Source: Bacteroidota bacterium
Lineage (GTDB): Bacteria; Bacteroidota; Ignavibacteria; Kapaibacteriales; Kapaibacteriaceae
Reading direction: 5' to 3'
DNA: 64,000 nt
NCBI GenBank assembly: GCA_041170435.1
Contig: JBEAYU010000088.1
Location: 143 to 64,142 of the forward strand
Positions 45,247 to 53,976 of this stretch are shown here, one piece after another; the first letter of the stretch is position 1; each line of letters starts with the position of its first letter. The translations under genes and the position numbers were made by a program. Below the pieces are notes generated by a model that worked only from the letters and a program-made list of their open reading frames with translations, did no database searches and was not told the origin of the DNA.

Positions 45247-46548
45247 GTGCACGATATAGGTTTACGACCAAGAGAGAGAGCCGTGATCGCGGCTGTCATA
45301 CGCAAGGGGGCCGACCCTGACATTGTCGATGAACACCTCGAAGAACTTGCCATGCTCCTGGATACGGCTGGCGTTGACGTCGCCGGTCGGCTCACCCAGG
45401 AACGCGAGCGTCCGGATATCTCAACGGCACTCGGCAAAGGAAAGGTCGCGGAACTACAAGAATTGATCGAATCGACCGCCGCATCATCGGTGGTCTTCGA
45501 TGATGAGCTTTCCCCGGCACAGGTGCGGAATCTGGAAGAGGCACTCAAGGTGAAGGTGCTCGACAGGAGCAACGTCATCCTTGACATTTTTGCGGCCCAC
45601 GCCCGCACGCAGGAAGCGCGCACACAGGTTGAGCTGGCCCAGCTTGAGTATCTCCTGCCCCGTCTGACGCGGATGTGGACACACCTTTCAAAGCAGTTCG
45701 GCGGTGTCGGCACAAAGGGGCCTGGTGAGACGCAGATCGAAACCGACCGCCGAATGTATCGGACGCGCATGCAACGACTGCGCGAGAAACTCAAAGAGAT
45801 CGATGTTCAGCGCCTTGTGCAGCGCAAAGGCCGGGAGGGGCTTCCGCGGTTCGCTTTGGTCGGGTACACCAATGCTGGCAAGTCCTCATTGATGCGTGTG
45901 CTGACACAAGCAGACGTGTACGTGCAGGATCAACTGTTTGCTACGCTTGACACAACGGTGCGGACATTCTCACTGCCCTCTGGTCAAAAAGCGCTGATCT
46001 CCGATACAGTTGGCTTCATCCGAAAGTTGCCCACCCAGCTCGTGGCTTCGTTTCGCTCCACGCTGGCCGAGACCTTGGAGGCCGATATCCTGCTGCATGT
46101 GGTGGATCTGTCGAACCAGCACTACCGAGAACATATGGCGGTGGTGGAAAACACTTTGTCGGATCTCGGTGCTTCAGACACACCGGTGATCGTTGTGTTC
46201 AACAAGATCGATACGGTCAACGAACGCGAGCTCCTCGATGACGCCGAAGCCGAATCGCCCGGCTGTGTGTTCGTGAGCGCTCATCGGGGGATCAACATCG
46301 ACAAGCTGCTGCACGTCATGCAGGCGACCTACGAAGAATCAGCCGTGCTGCGGACGCTTCGGATCCCATACGAACACATGAGCGCCGTCTCCCGACTCTA
46401 CCAGGAGGTGGAAGTTCTCAGCCGAAGCGATGAGGATTCCGATGTATTATTGTCCGTCCGTGTGCCGGCCGACCAGCTGGCTTCTTTCACGGCGCGGTAT
46501 CGTCAGTTCGTCACGAATGAACTTCCTTCACATTCCACTCCTCACTGA
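45247..46548 (+). CDS. hflX: GTPase HflX
   Basis: ERAVIAAVI..., LFATLDTT, and the G-domain GYTNAGKSSLM, DTVGFI and NKID. There is no ATG before the conserved region, so the start is GTG at 45247 (or 45283). Confidence 0.85.
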   Translation: MHDIGLRPRERAVIAAVIRKGADPDIVDEHLEELAMLLDTAGVDVAGRLTQERERPDISTALGKGKVAELQELIESTAASSVVFDDELSPAQVRNLEEALKVKVLDRSNVILDIFAAHARTQEARTQVELAQLEYLLPRLTRMWTHLSKQFGGVGTKGPGETQIETDRRMYRTRMQRLREKLKEIDVQRLVQRKGREGLPRFALVGYTNAGKSSLMRVLTQADVYVQDQLFATLDTTVRTFSLPSGQKALISDTVGFIRKLPTQLVASFRSTLAETLEADILLHVVDLSNQHYREHMAVVENTLSDLGASDTPVIVVFNKIDTVNERELLDDAEAESPGCVFVSAHRGINIDKLLHVMQATYEESAVLRTLRIPYEHMSAVSRLYQEVEVLSRSDEDSDVLLSVRVPADQLASFTARYRQFVTNELPSHSTPH

Positions 46549-46555
46549 GCGCACC

Positions 46556-46720
46556 ATGGCAGCCCTGTGGATCCTTGCCCTAGTCCTTGCCACCTACTTC
46601 ATCACGATCATGGTCATCTATGTCGGCCAGGAAGTCCATGTCCTGGCGGGTGCGGCATTGTTGGCCATCTGTGGCTTTGGCGCATTCAAACTCTTTCAAC
46701 GTCGTCTGACGCGACTGTGA
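46556..46720 (+). CDS. small two-TM membrane protein (54 aa), hypothetical
   Basis: MAALWILALVLATYFITIMVIYVGQEVHVLAGAALLAICGFGAFKLFQRRLTRL. It fills the hflX-recN gap. No homology was recognised. Confidence 0.35.
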   Translation: MAALWILALVLATYFITIMVIYVGQEVHVLAGAALLAICGFGAFKLFQRRLTRL

Positions 46721-46745
46721 ACGATCATCATAGACAGTTTGTATC

Positions 46746-48434
46746 GTGCTTCGACGATTGACAATACGATCCTTTACACTCATCGATGAAGTCGACCTTG
46801 ATTTCGACGATGGCATGACCGTGCTCCTCGGCGAGACCGGAGCCGGTAAATCGATCATCATCGATGCCCTGGCCGCCGCCATGGGTGAGCGTGTCTCGCC
46901 CGAACTTGTCCGGCAGGGGGCTCGCAAAGCCGTCGTTGAAGCAACGTTTGACATTTCGCAGCGACCCGCTGCTGCGGCATTTATCGATGCCAACGGCCTT
47001 TCGTGGGATGCCCCGGAGGTGCTGCTTCGACGCGAGATACCCGCCAGTGGAGCGTCTCGGTGCTTTGTCAATGACTCGCCAATGCAGAGTTCGCAGGTTC
47101 GCGAGTTGGCATCACTGCTGATCGACGTCCACGGACAGCATGACACACATGGGCTGATGTCGCCTTCAACCCACCTGGATGCCTATGACGCCTTTGCGCT
47201 TGATGCCGGCGGCCATTTGCGCACAGCAATGGCGGAGCGGTGGCAGGAGCTTTCGTCGATTCGTCGTCGCATCGACGAATTGCGGCGACGAGCGGTAGAT
47301 GCCGACGCAGACAGAGCCCGCCTCCACTTCATCCACGACGAGATCGCATCGATCAACCCCACCCCGGGCGAAGACGCTGATATCACCCTTGAGCTTCGTC
47401 GAATCGAAGCCAGTGAGCATGTTGTCGCGCTCGCAAACAGCGTCCGTGAGCGACTATACTCTGCCGATCCGTCGGCCTACGACCTGATTCGCAGCGCCAT
47501 TGAGGCTGTCTCCCAGCTTCGAGAATTCGATCCGCAAATGGAGAGTGTTGCCTCAGATCTTGAGTCGGCCCTGATCATTTGCAAAGAGGCCGCAGCCAGC
47601 GCATCTGAACTTGCCGATTTCGACGATCGTGACCCGCAACGTCTCGAAGACATGCGTCAGCGCCACGTAGCCCTCCAAAGACTCATCCGGAAATATGGCT
47701 CGCTGCAAATTGCAGTCGATCGACTTGAGGCCGTCGCACGTGAACTGCACGAGATCGAGAACCTGGATGACGTGCTCGCGGAATCTGAACAGGAACTCTC
47801 AAGTGCCCTCAGCGAAGCACGTGATGTGGCTGAAAAGCTGACGCAGAAGCGCCGCTCCAGCATACAAGCATTCGAGTCAACCATCAACGATAGCCTTCAC
47901 GAGATGGGTATGCCGGCTGCACTGGTTCGACTCGACATGCAGTCGTGCGACCTTGGTCCAACCGGTTCTGACCGCGTTGAGTTTCTCTTTGCAGCCAATT
48001 CCGGAGAGCCCCTTCGCCCCCTTGCCAAGATCGCCTCAGGGGGCGAGTTGTCGCGTGTAATGCTCGCCGTCAAGCGGGCCCTGTTTGAACGAATTCCGGC
48101 CGGGACTGTCGTTCTTGATGAGATCGATACGGGAATCAGCGGACGTGTAGCCCGAACCGTGGGCGTCGTGATGCAACAACTTGCTCGCCGGCAACAGCTG
48201 ATCTGCATCACGCATTTGGCGCAGATCGCCTCGCTTGCCGACAACTTCGTGCGTGTGTCGAAGTCTGCGAGCGACGACCGCACGACCATCAGCGCCAGGA
48301 GAATCGATCAGGCGGAGGCACAACATGACGTCGCCATGCTCTTGAGTGGTTCCGATGTGACCGCCACGGCACTGAGTGGCGCACGTGAACTCATGCAACG
48401 GCCGGCGGTAAAGACCTCACGAAAGGCAGGGTGA
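46746..48434 (+). CDS. recN: DNA repair protein RecN
   Basis: It has a GTG start, LRRLTIRSFTLIDEVDLDF...GETGAGKSIIIDAL (Walker A), a coiled-coil middle region, and ASGGELSRVMLAVK with VLDEIDTGISG. Confidence 0.9.
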   Translation: MLRRLTIRSFTLIDEVDLDFDDGMTVLLGETGAGKSIIIDALAAAMGERVSPELVRQGARKAVVEATFDISQRPAAAAFIDANGLSWDAPEVLLRREIPASGASRCFVNDSPMQSSQVRELASLLIDVHGQHDTHGLMSPSTHLDAYDAFALDAGGHLRTAMAERWQELSSIRRRIDELRRRAVDADADRARLHFIHDEIASINPTPGEDADITLELRRIEASEHVVALANSVRERLYSADPSAYDLIRSAIEAVSQLREFDPQMESVASDLESALIICKEAAASASELADFDDRDPQRLEDMRQRHVALQRLIRKYGSLQIAVDRLEAVARELHEIENLDDVLAESEQELSSALSEARDVAEKLTQKRRSSIQAFESTINDSLHEMGMPAALVRLDMQSCDLGPTGSDRVEFLFAANSGEPLRPLAKIASGGELSRVMLAVKRALFERIPAGTVVLDEIDTGISGRVARTVGVVMQQLARRQQLICITHLAQIASLADNFVRVSKSASDDRTTISARRIDQAEAQHDVAMLLSGSDVTATALSGARELMQRPAVKTSRKAG

Positions 48435-49066
48435 CGATGGAGCACTTCCCCGAGTCGTCGACACCACAGTACAACCGGCGAACACTTACGTCGGAAGACC
48501 TGCAATTGCGGATCCTTTCACACGGAGAGCCGATCCACGTCAACAAGGTGCTCGACGCGTACGAGATGGCATCTTCGGTGCATGCCGGCAAACTGCGCAA
48601 TGATGGTACGGCGTACTTCGATCATCTTGCACGAACGGCGATGATCCTCATGGATGAATTGAGGATTCATGACACGGACGTGATCGTTGCTGCGCTCCTA
48701 CACGACGTGCTGGAGGACTCCCGTACGATCACGCGCAACGTCCTCGAGTATAACTTCGGCTCATACGTTGCCTACATCGTTGAGACTCTTACCAAGGACC
48801 TCGATGCCGCGAAGGTCGATCCTGAACGTGTTGACATGTATTATGCCGAACGTCTGCGAAGGGCAAGCCAGGACTGCCTGCTGATCAAGCTTTCGGCTCG
48901 TTTGGACAACTTCCGGTGCCTTTCGTTCAATCTGAAGAAGAACCCGCATCTCTATGTGTCGACAACCCTCTCGAGATACGTTCCGATAGCAGAAACGTCA
49001 TCTGACCCGCGACTTCAGACGCTCGCCACGATGATTCGCAACGAAGCAAACACCGTGCTGGGCTGA
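48431..49066 (+). CDS. HD-domain (p)ppGpp hydrolase-like protein (small alarmone hydrolase/Mesh1-like)
   Basis: YFDHLARTAMIL...AALLHDVLEDS is the RelA/SpoT-type HD_4 motif. At 211 aa it has no synthetase domain. Confidence 0.7.
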   Translation: MTMEHFPESSTPQYNRRTLTSEDLQLRILSHGEPIHVNKVLDAYEMASSVHAGKLRNDGTAYFDHLARTAMILMDELRIHDTDVIVAALLHDVLEDSRTITRNVLEYNFGSYVAYIVETLTKDLDAAKVDPERVDMYYAERLRRASQDCLLIKLSARLDNFRCLSFNLKKNPHLYVSTTLSRYVPIAETSSDPRLQTLATMIRNEANTVLG

Positions 49067-49076
49067 GGCATCCGAC

Positions 49077-49865
49077 ATGTCCAACAACCAACTCCTTGAG
49101 GTGGCTCTCGAAGCTGCTCACGAAGCCGGATCCATTTTGAGAGGCGGATTTGGAAGCGCCATGACAACGAGCTCCAAGCAGGGTCGACACAATCTGGTGA
49201 CGGAGTTCGATCATCGAAGTGAGCAACGCGTCATCGATGTCCTCCGAGCTCGGACGCCCGGTGCCCGGTTCTTGGCCGAAGAAAGCGGTCAACACACTGG
49301 TCGAGATGAGCTCCTCTGGGTGATCGATCCTCTTGATGGAACCGTGAACTTCGCTCACGGCATTCCCATTTTCTGTGTTTCGATCGCTGCTGTTCGGGAT
49401 GGTGAAACCCTCTGCGGGGTCGTTCATCAGCCCCTTACCGAAGAGACCTTCACATGCATCACTGGCAGTGGCGCTTGGTGTAATGGACGACCGATGAACG
49501 TCTCAACGTCCTCGACACTTCGTGACAGCATCTTAGTGACGGGCTTTCCGTACGATGTTGACACCAACCCGGGCAGGTGCATTGACCAGTTTGCCGCTAT
49601 CGTTGGCAGAGGCCTTCCTGTGCGGAGACTGGGCAGTGCCGCACTCGATCTGGCGTATGTTGCTGACGGGCGTTTTGATGGGTACTGGGAAGTTGAATTG
49701 CAGCCATGGGACATGGCTGCCGGCGCAGCGATGGTGCGACAGGCCGGAGGAACGGTCACACATTATCACGGGAGAGAATTCTCCTTGAAGCCGGATTCGA
49801 TCATCGCAACCAATGGCCTGATACACACTGAGCTTACCTCTGCGTTGGAGGACCTACCGCAATGA
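49077..49865 (+). CDS. suhB: inositol monophosphatase family protein
   Basis: It has the motifs WVIDPLDGTVNFAHG and WDMAAGAAMV. Confidence 0.85.
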   Translation: MSNNQLLEVALEAAHEAGSILRGGFGSAMTTSSKQGRHNLVTEFDHRSEQRVIDVLRARTPGARFLAEESGQHTGRDELLWVIDPLDGTVNFAHGIPIFCVSIAAVRDGETLCGVVHQPLTEETFTCITGSGAWCNGRPMNVSTSSTLRDSILVTGFPYDVDTNPGRCIDQFAAIVGRGLPVRRLGSAALDLAYVADGRFDGYWEVELQPWDMAAGAAMVRQAGGTVTHYHGREFSLKPDSIIATNGLIHTELTSALEDLPQ

Positions 49866-50653
49866 CCGTGCATATGAGTGGTGCGGGCAATACGTTCTTA
49901 CTTGTCGACGATCGATCGAGCACCGATCTGATCAGTGAGCTCACGGCAGAGTCCGTGTCCAGGTTGATTCAAACCAACGAACGCGCAGATGGACGGGCCA
50001 TCGAGGGACTGCTGAGAATACGATCGATCGACTCGCGGGGAGTTTCGGCAGAGTTTTACAATCCTGACGGAAGCCGTGGCATGTTCTGCGGCAATGGCGC
50101 TCGTTGTGTGATTCGATATGCGATCGACAATGGAGCAGCCGCCCAAGGCCCCCTAACCCTCACATTCAATGGTGCTGTCTACACGGCACGTGCACACAAC
50201 GACGGGACGATCAGCGTTCTTCTGCCTCCCCCAACGCAGCTTCGTTACTTTCCTACCGGCACCCTCGATTCCGTCGATGTTCCGGTTTGGTACGCCAACG
50301 TCAACAGTGATCACGTTGTCATCGATGCACCTCACGATGCGGGTAGTCCTCTCGTGGCGTGCCTCCGACATCACCCCGAGTTTCCAAGGGGAACAAACGT
50401 GAACATGCTTGAAACTTCTGACGACGGAACGCTGCACTTGGCAACCTTCGAACGCGGCGTTGAGGCCATCACGCAGGCGTGTGGCACCGGCGCTGTGAGC
50501 GCATCACTTAGCATGTGGATGCGCACTCCGTCGGTACACGTGTACCGCATCATACCACCAAGTGGACGTATGATCGAGGTAACGATCAATGCCGATGGTG
50601 GGCAGATCCAATCCATAGAACTACGCGGAGACGCCACATATGACAATGCGTGA
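49862..50653 (+). CDS. dapF: diaminopimelate epimerase
   Basis: MSGAGNTFLLVDD, and the two catalytic Cys contexts FCGNGARC and ACGTGAVS. Confidence 0.9.
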   Translation: MTVHMSGAGNTFLLVDDRSSTDLISELTAESVSRLIQTNERADGRAIEGLLRIRSIDSRGVSAEFYNPDGSRGMFCGNGARCVIRYAIDNGAAAQGPLTLTFNGAVYTARAHNDGTISVLLPPPTQLRYFPTGTLDSVDVPVWYANVNSDHVVIDAPHDAGSPLVACLRHHPEFPRGTNVNMLETSDDGTLHLATFERGVEAITQACGTGAVSASLSMWMRTPSVHVYRIIPPSGRMIEVTINADGGQIQSIELRGDATYDNA

Positions 50654-51803
50654 ACACATCGAATCGATCTACCCATGGATGGTCGAGATTCGCCGCCACC
50701 TTCATCGCAATCCGGAGGTGTCATTTCATGAGTTTGAAACGGCTGACTTGATCTCGCGAACACTGACCGAGCTTGGCATTGAACACAAGCGTGTTGCAAC
50801 CACTGGTATCGTGGCGCACATTGGTTCGGGTGAGCGTTGCGTGGCCTTGCGGGCCGATATTGACGCCCTGCCAATGATGGAAGAAACCGGTCTGGACTAT
50901 GCCTCTTTGCGACCAGGCGTCATGCATGCATGTGGCCACGACATGCACACGACCATGCTTTTGGCCGCAGCTCGCGTTCTTCACGAGCACCAGTCCGTAC
51001 TCTCCGGCACCGTTAAACTGCTCTTTCAACCAGGCGAGGAAAAATCACCGGGTGGCGCAAGTATGATGATCGCCGAGGGAGCACTTCTGAACCCAACACC
51101 GTCGATGGTCTTCGGTCAGCATGTCTATCCGGATGCTCCCGTTGGCGAACTCGGATTTGTTGCCGGTCCGATGATGGCTGCAGCCGATGAGCTGTACTGG
51201 ACCATCACGGGGTTCGGCGCACATGCCGCTCAGCCACATCAGGGACGCGACCCCATCATGGCGGCCAGTGGGCTGATTCACCACCTTCAAACGTTGATCA
51301 CAAAACATCGGAACCCTCTCGATGCCGGAGTGATCACTGTGACCAGTATTCATGGAGGCACCGCAACGAACATCATCCCGGACACCGTGGAGATGAAGGG
51401 GACCTTGCGGTCATTCAACCAGAGCTGGCGTGAGCAGGCATGGACGTTCATCGAAGAACAGTCACGGGCTTATGCAGCTCTGCATGGTTGCTCTGCGGAT
51501 GTGTCCATTGTAAAAGGATATCCGCCTCTCGTGAACGACGAAGCCGCCGTCACTTTCGCCCGGAACGTCGCCGTGAAGCACGGAATGTCGGCGACGGATT
51601 TTGAACCCAAGATGTGGGCCGAGGACTTTGCGTTCTACACGGAGGTTGCGCCATCATGCTTCTGGACCCTTGGCGCTCGACCACGTGATCAAAGCCACAT
51701 GCCAGGTCTGCACAACCCAAGATTTGCACCAGACGAAGAGGCCATGATCACCGGGGCCTCAATGATGGTGCATGTGGCTCTCGACGCCCTGCAGTATGCT
51801 TAA
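50640..51803 (+). CDS. M20-family amidohydrolase (N-acyl-amino-acid amidohydrolase-like)
   Basis: IRRHLHRNPEVSFHEFET, ALRADIDALP and MHACGHDMHT. The start is at 50640 or 50646. Confidence 0.85.
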   Translation: MTMREHIESIYPWMVEIRRHLHRNPEVSFHEFETADLISRTLTELGIEHKRVATTGIVAHIGSGERCVALRADIDALPMMEETGLDYASLRPGVMHACGHDMHTTMLLAAARVLHEHQSVLSGTVKLLFQPGEEKSPGGASMMIAEGALLNPTPSMVFGQHVYPDAPVGELGFVAGPMMAAADELYWTITGFGAHAAQPHQGRDPIMAASGLIHHLQTLITKHRNPLDAGVITVTSIHGGTATNIIPDTVEMKGTLRSFNQSWREQAWTFIEEQSRAYAALHGCSADVSIVKGYPPLVNDEAAVTFARNVAVKHGMSATDFEPKMWAEDFAFYTEVAPSCFWTLGARPRDQSHMPGLHNPRFAPDEEAMITGASMMVHVALDALQYA

Positions 51804-53074
51804 GCAAGACCGTTTCCGTAGGGGGCTGAGCGGAGCGTGAAGATGGTAATCTCGGGTGGGATACCAATACGCATTGGTGGACCGACGGTTCCAATTCCGC
51901 GATTGACGTACAAATGCTGTCGACCCTTTGTGTAGAGTCCAGCCCACTGCCTGTACACATGCTGTGCCGGACTCCACTCGAATCCGGCGAATTGGACGCC
52001 AAACTGCCCCCCGTGTGTATGTCCGGCGAGCATCAGTTCAATGCTCTCATGTCCGACAACTTCCTTGTCCCAAAACGTCGGATCATGGGCAAGCAGTACC
52101 ACCGAATCGTCGGGATTGACCCCTTCGAGCGCCCTATCAAGTCGAGCATAGGATTGTCGGAATCCTGTGTTATCAGTGCCGGCGATCACAAGTGCTGAGC
52201 CTTCAGATCCGATGCGACGGTTTTGATTGACCAACAGATCGACCCCCATGGAGCCGAGAGCACGCTTCAGATCATTATGCTCTTGCGGCGTATTGTAATG
52301 GTCGTGGTTGCCCAGACATGCCATCACCCCATACGGAGCCGACAGTCGTTCGAGTTCGCGGGAGATCATCGAAAGTTCACGGGGCTTTTGGTTGACGAAG
52401 TCTCCGGTGATCACGATCAGGTCAGGCTGCTCCGACTCGAGGATTCGACGCACCTCCTCAAATGGCCGGTGGTCCGGAAACGAGCCGGCATGAACATCCG
52501 ATATCTGCGCGATTCGAAATCCGTCGAGTGCTCGCGGCAATCGATCGATGCGCAGCTCTTGGCGATAGGTTTGAAAGTCATAGAGCGTGCTCCAGATGCC
52601 CCTTCCAACGATCACAAAGGGCACCGCCGAGACAGACCACGCAGCCGTGCCGAGGAAGGCCCGGCGGGAGGGCTCCGCCGCAACGGGCAAAGGATCAGCA
52701 TCCGGACTTGCTGGTGCAGGCATCTCGGACGTGCCGGCAGAAGCCAGACGTCGCCAGAGAAAGGTTACACCGCGAACCATATCGCGGACAAGCAGGACGG
52801 CACCGATTCCGAACTTGGGTAGGTACCATAAGGAGACGAAACCCATCATCGTCACATCAAACCCATCCATGCGAAAGAAGTGCCGACGCAGGAGCATCGA
52901 CACAAGCAGAACGAACACCATCGCCGCCGTGATCCACGGTGCCCGATACCACCAACGGTTGAGGTGACGCTTGCGAGCAAACGACGTCCAGTGCATGAGG
53001 ACGTAGAGATCGATGACAAGTAAGACGGTGCCAAGCACTGCACCGAACAGAAGCATGTTTGGTTGTTGATTCAT
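51800..53074 (-). CDS. membrane-anchored metallophosphoesterase
   Basis: It has N-terminal TM helices followed by ISDVHAG, ITGDFVN, GNHDH and GHTHGGQ. Confidence 0.8.
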   Translation of the reverse strand: MNQQPNMLLFGAVLGTVLLVIDLYVLMHWTSFARKRHLNRWWYRAPWITAAMVFVLLVSMLLRRHFFRMDGFDVTMMGFVSLWYLPKFGIGAVLLVRDMVRGVTFLWRRLASAGTSEMPAPASPDADPLPVAAEPSRRAFLGTAAWSVSAVPFVIVGRGIWSTLYDFQTYRQELRIDRLPRALDGFRIAQISDVHAGSFPDHRPFEEVRRILESEQPDLIVITGDFVNQKPRELSMISRELERLSAPYGVMACLGNHDHYNTPQEHNDLKRALGSMGVDLLVNQNRRIGSEGSALVIAGTDNTGFRQSYARLDRALEGVNPDDSVVLLAHDPTFWDKEVVGHESIELMLAGHTHGGQFGVQFAGFEWSPAQHVYRQWAGLYTKGRQHLYVNRGIGTVGPPMRIGIPPEITIFTLRSAPYGNGLA

Positions 53075-53976
53075 CCTGCCTGGATGGTCCCGGTTTCGGA
53101 GCGTAACTGGAGGAACAAAGCCTCGGCCTCGGCGATCAAGGTCTGATCGTCAGCCGAGCGAACTTCGGCTTTGACGAACTGCTTGCGTCCTTGTTGCGAG
53201 GTGATCCAGGCGCGCACTTCGTACTCGCGTCCGATCATCATCGGCCGCCGGAAATCCACCTGAAGTCGGGCCGTTGGCGCACGGATCCCAGCCGCGCTGA
53301 GCGTCTTACCCATTGCCTCATCAAGCAGAAGCGAGATCATGCCTCCATGTACCGTGCCAAGAGCCCCTTGCAGCCGCTCATCGGGGCGCACCCATGTACG
53401 AACCACTTTGTCCTGCCTGCTGCGTATGAACGTCAAGCGCAGAGAGTGGGGATTGGCCTGACCGCAGCCGACGCAGTGGTTCTCAGGCTTTGGTCTCAGG
53501 AACTGCATATCGTCAATCACGGCAAGAGGCTGCAGTGGAGTCAGGAATGACGACCCTGGTTCACGGTAGGCATAGTAGGGCCCCCAGGGCTCGATATTGC
53601 GAGCTACCTCCACGGCAACGTGCGGGGCCAGGCGGCCACGTTCGCCCACCGGCGCCCAATGATAGAGTACGCCGTCAGACGAGTACGAGAGCCTATCGGG
53701 CGCAAACGCTGTCGAGAGCGAATGCGCGTACTCAAGTCGTCCGTCACGCAGACCACCATACACGATTGGCGTGTCTTGCACGCGCAGATAGTTCATTTCT
53801 TCACCGCATCGGCTCACAAACGGATACTCCGGATAATCCGGATTGGCCGTCGGCGCCAGACGTCGAAAGAAGAAATCAAGAAACCATGGATCGTCCTGAA
53901 CGATCCCGTCAAGCGACAGCACACCGCGCGCATCCAACTCGTAGTAGTATTCGCGGTTTACCATGGCGACGGTCAC
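53071..53976 (-). CDS. DUF4505 (UPF0598)-like domain fused to a PaaI-type hotdog thioesterase
   Basis: The N-terminal half is NREYYYELDARGVLSLDG...PWFLDFFFRRLAP...YPFVSRCGEEMNYLRVQDTPIVY. The C-terminal half is HCVGCGQANPHSLRL...TVHGGMISLLLDEAMG. Confidence 0.6.
   Translation of the reverse strand: MTVAMVNREYYYELDARGVLSLDGIVQDDPWFLDFFFRRLAPTANPDYPEYPFVSRCGEEMNYLRVQDTPIVYGGLRDGRLEYAHSLSTAFAPDRLSYSSDGVLYHWAPVGERGRLAPHVAVEVARNIEPWGPYYAYREPGSSFLTPLQPLAVIDDMQFLRPKPENHCVGCGQANPHSLRLTFIRSRQDKVVRTWVRPDERLQGALGTVHGGMISLLLDEAMGKTLSAAGIRAPTARLQVDFRRPMMIGREYEVRAWITSQQGRKQFVKAEVRSADDQTLIAEAEALFLQLRSETGTIQAG

Noticed and set aside
43884-46548. Two long ORFs (43884-45794 minus, 44887-46548 plus) that appear to overlap by about 900 nt.
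   Set aside because: Each ORF's recognisable protein begins after the overlap. The OstA-like signal peptide starts at 45167 and the HflX conserved region starts from about 45247. The overlapping extensions are low-complexity Ser/Arg-rich translations antisense to the real gene.
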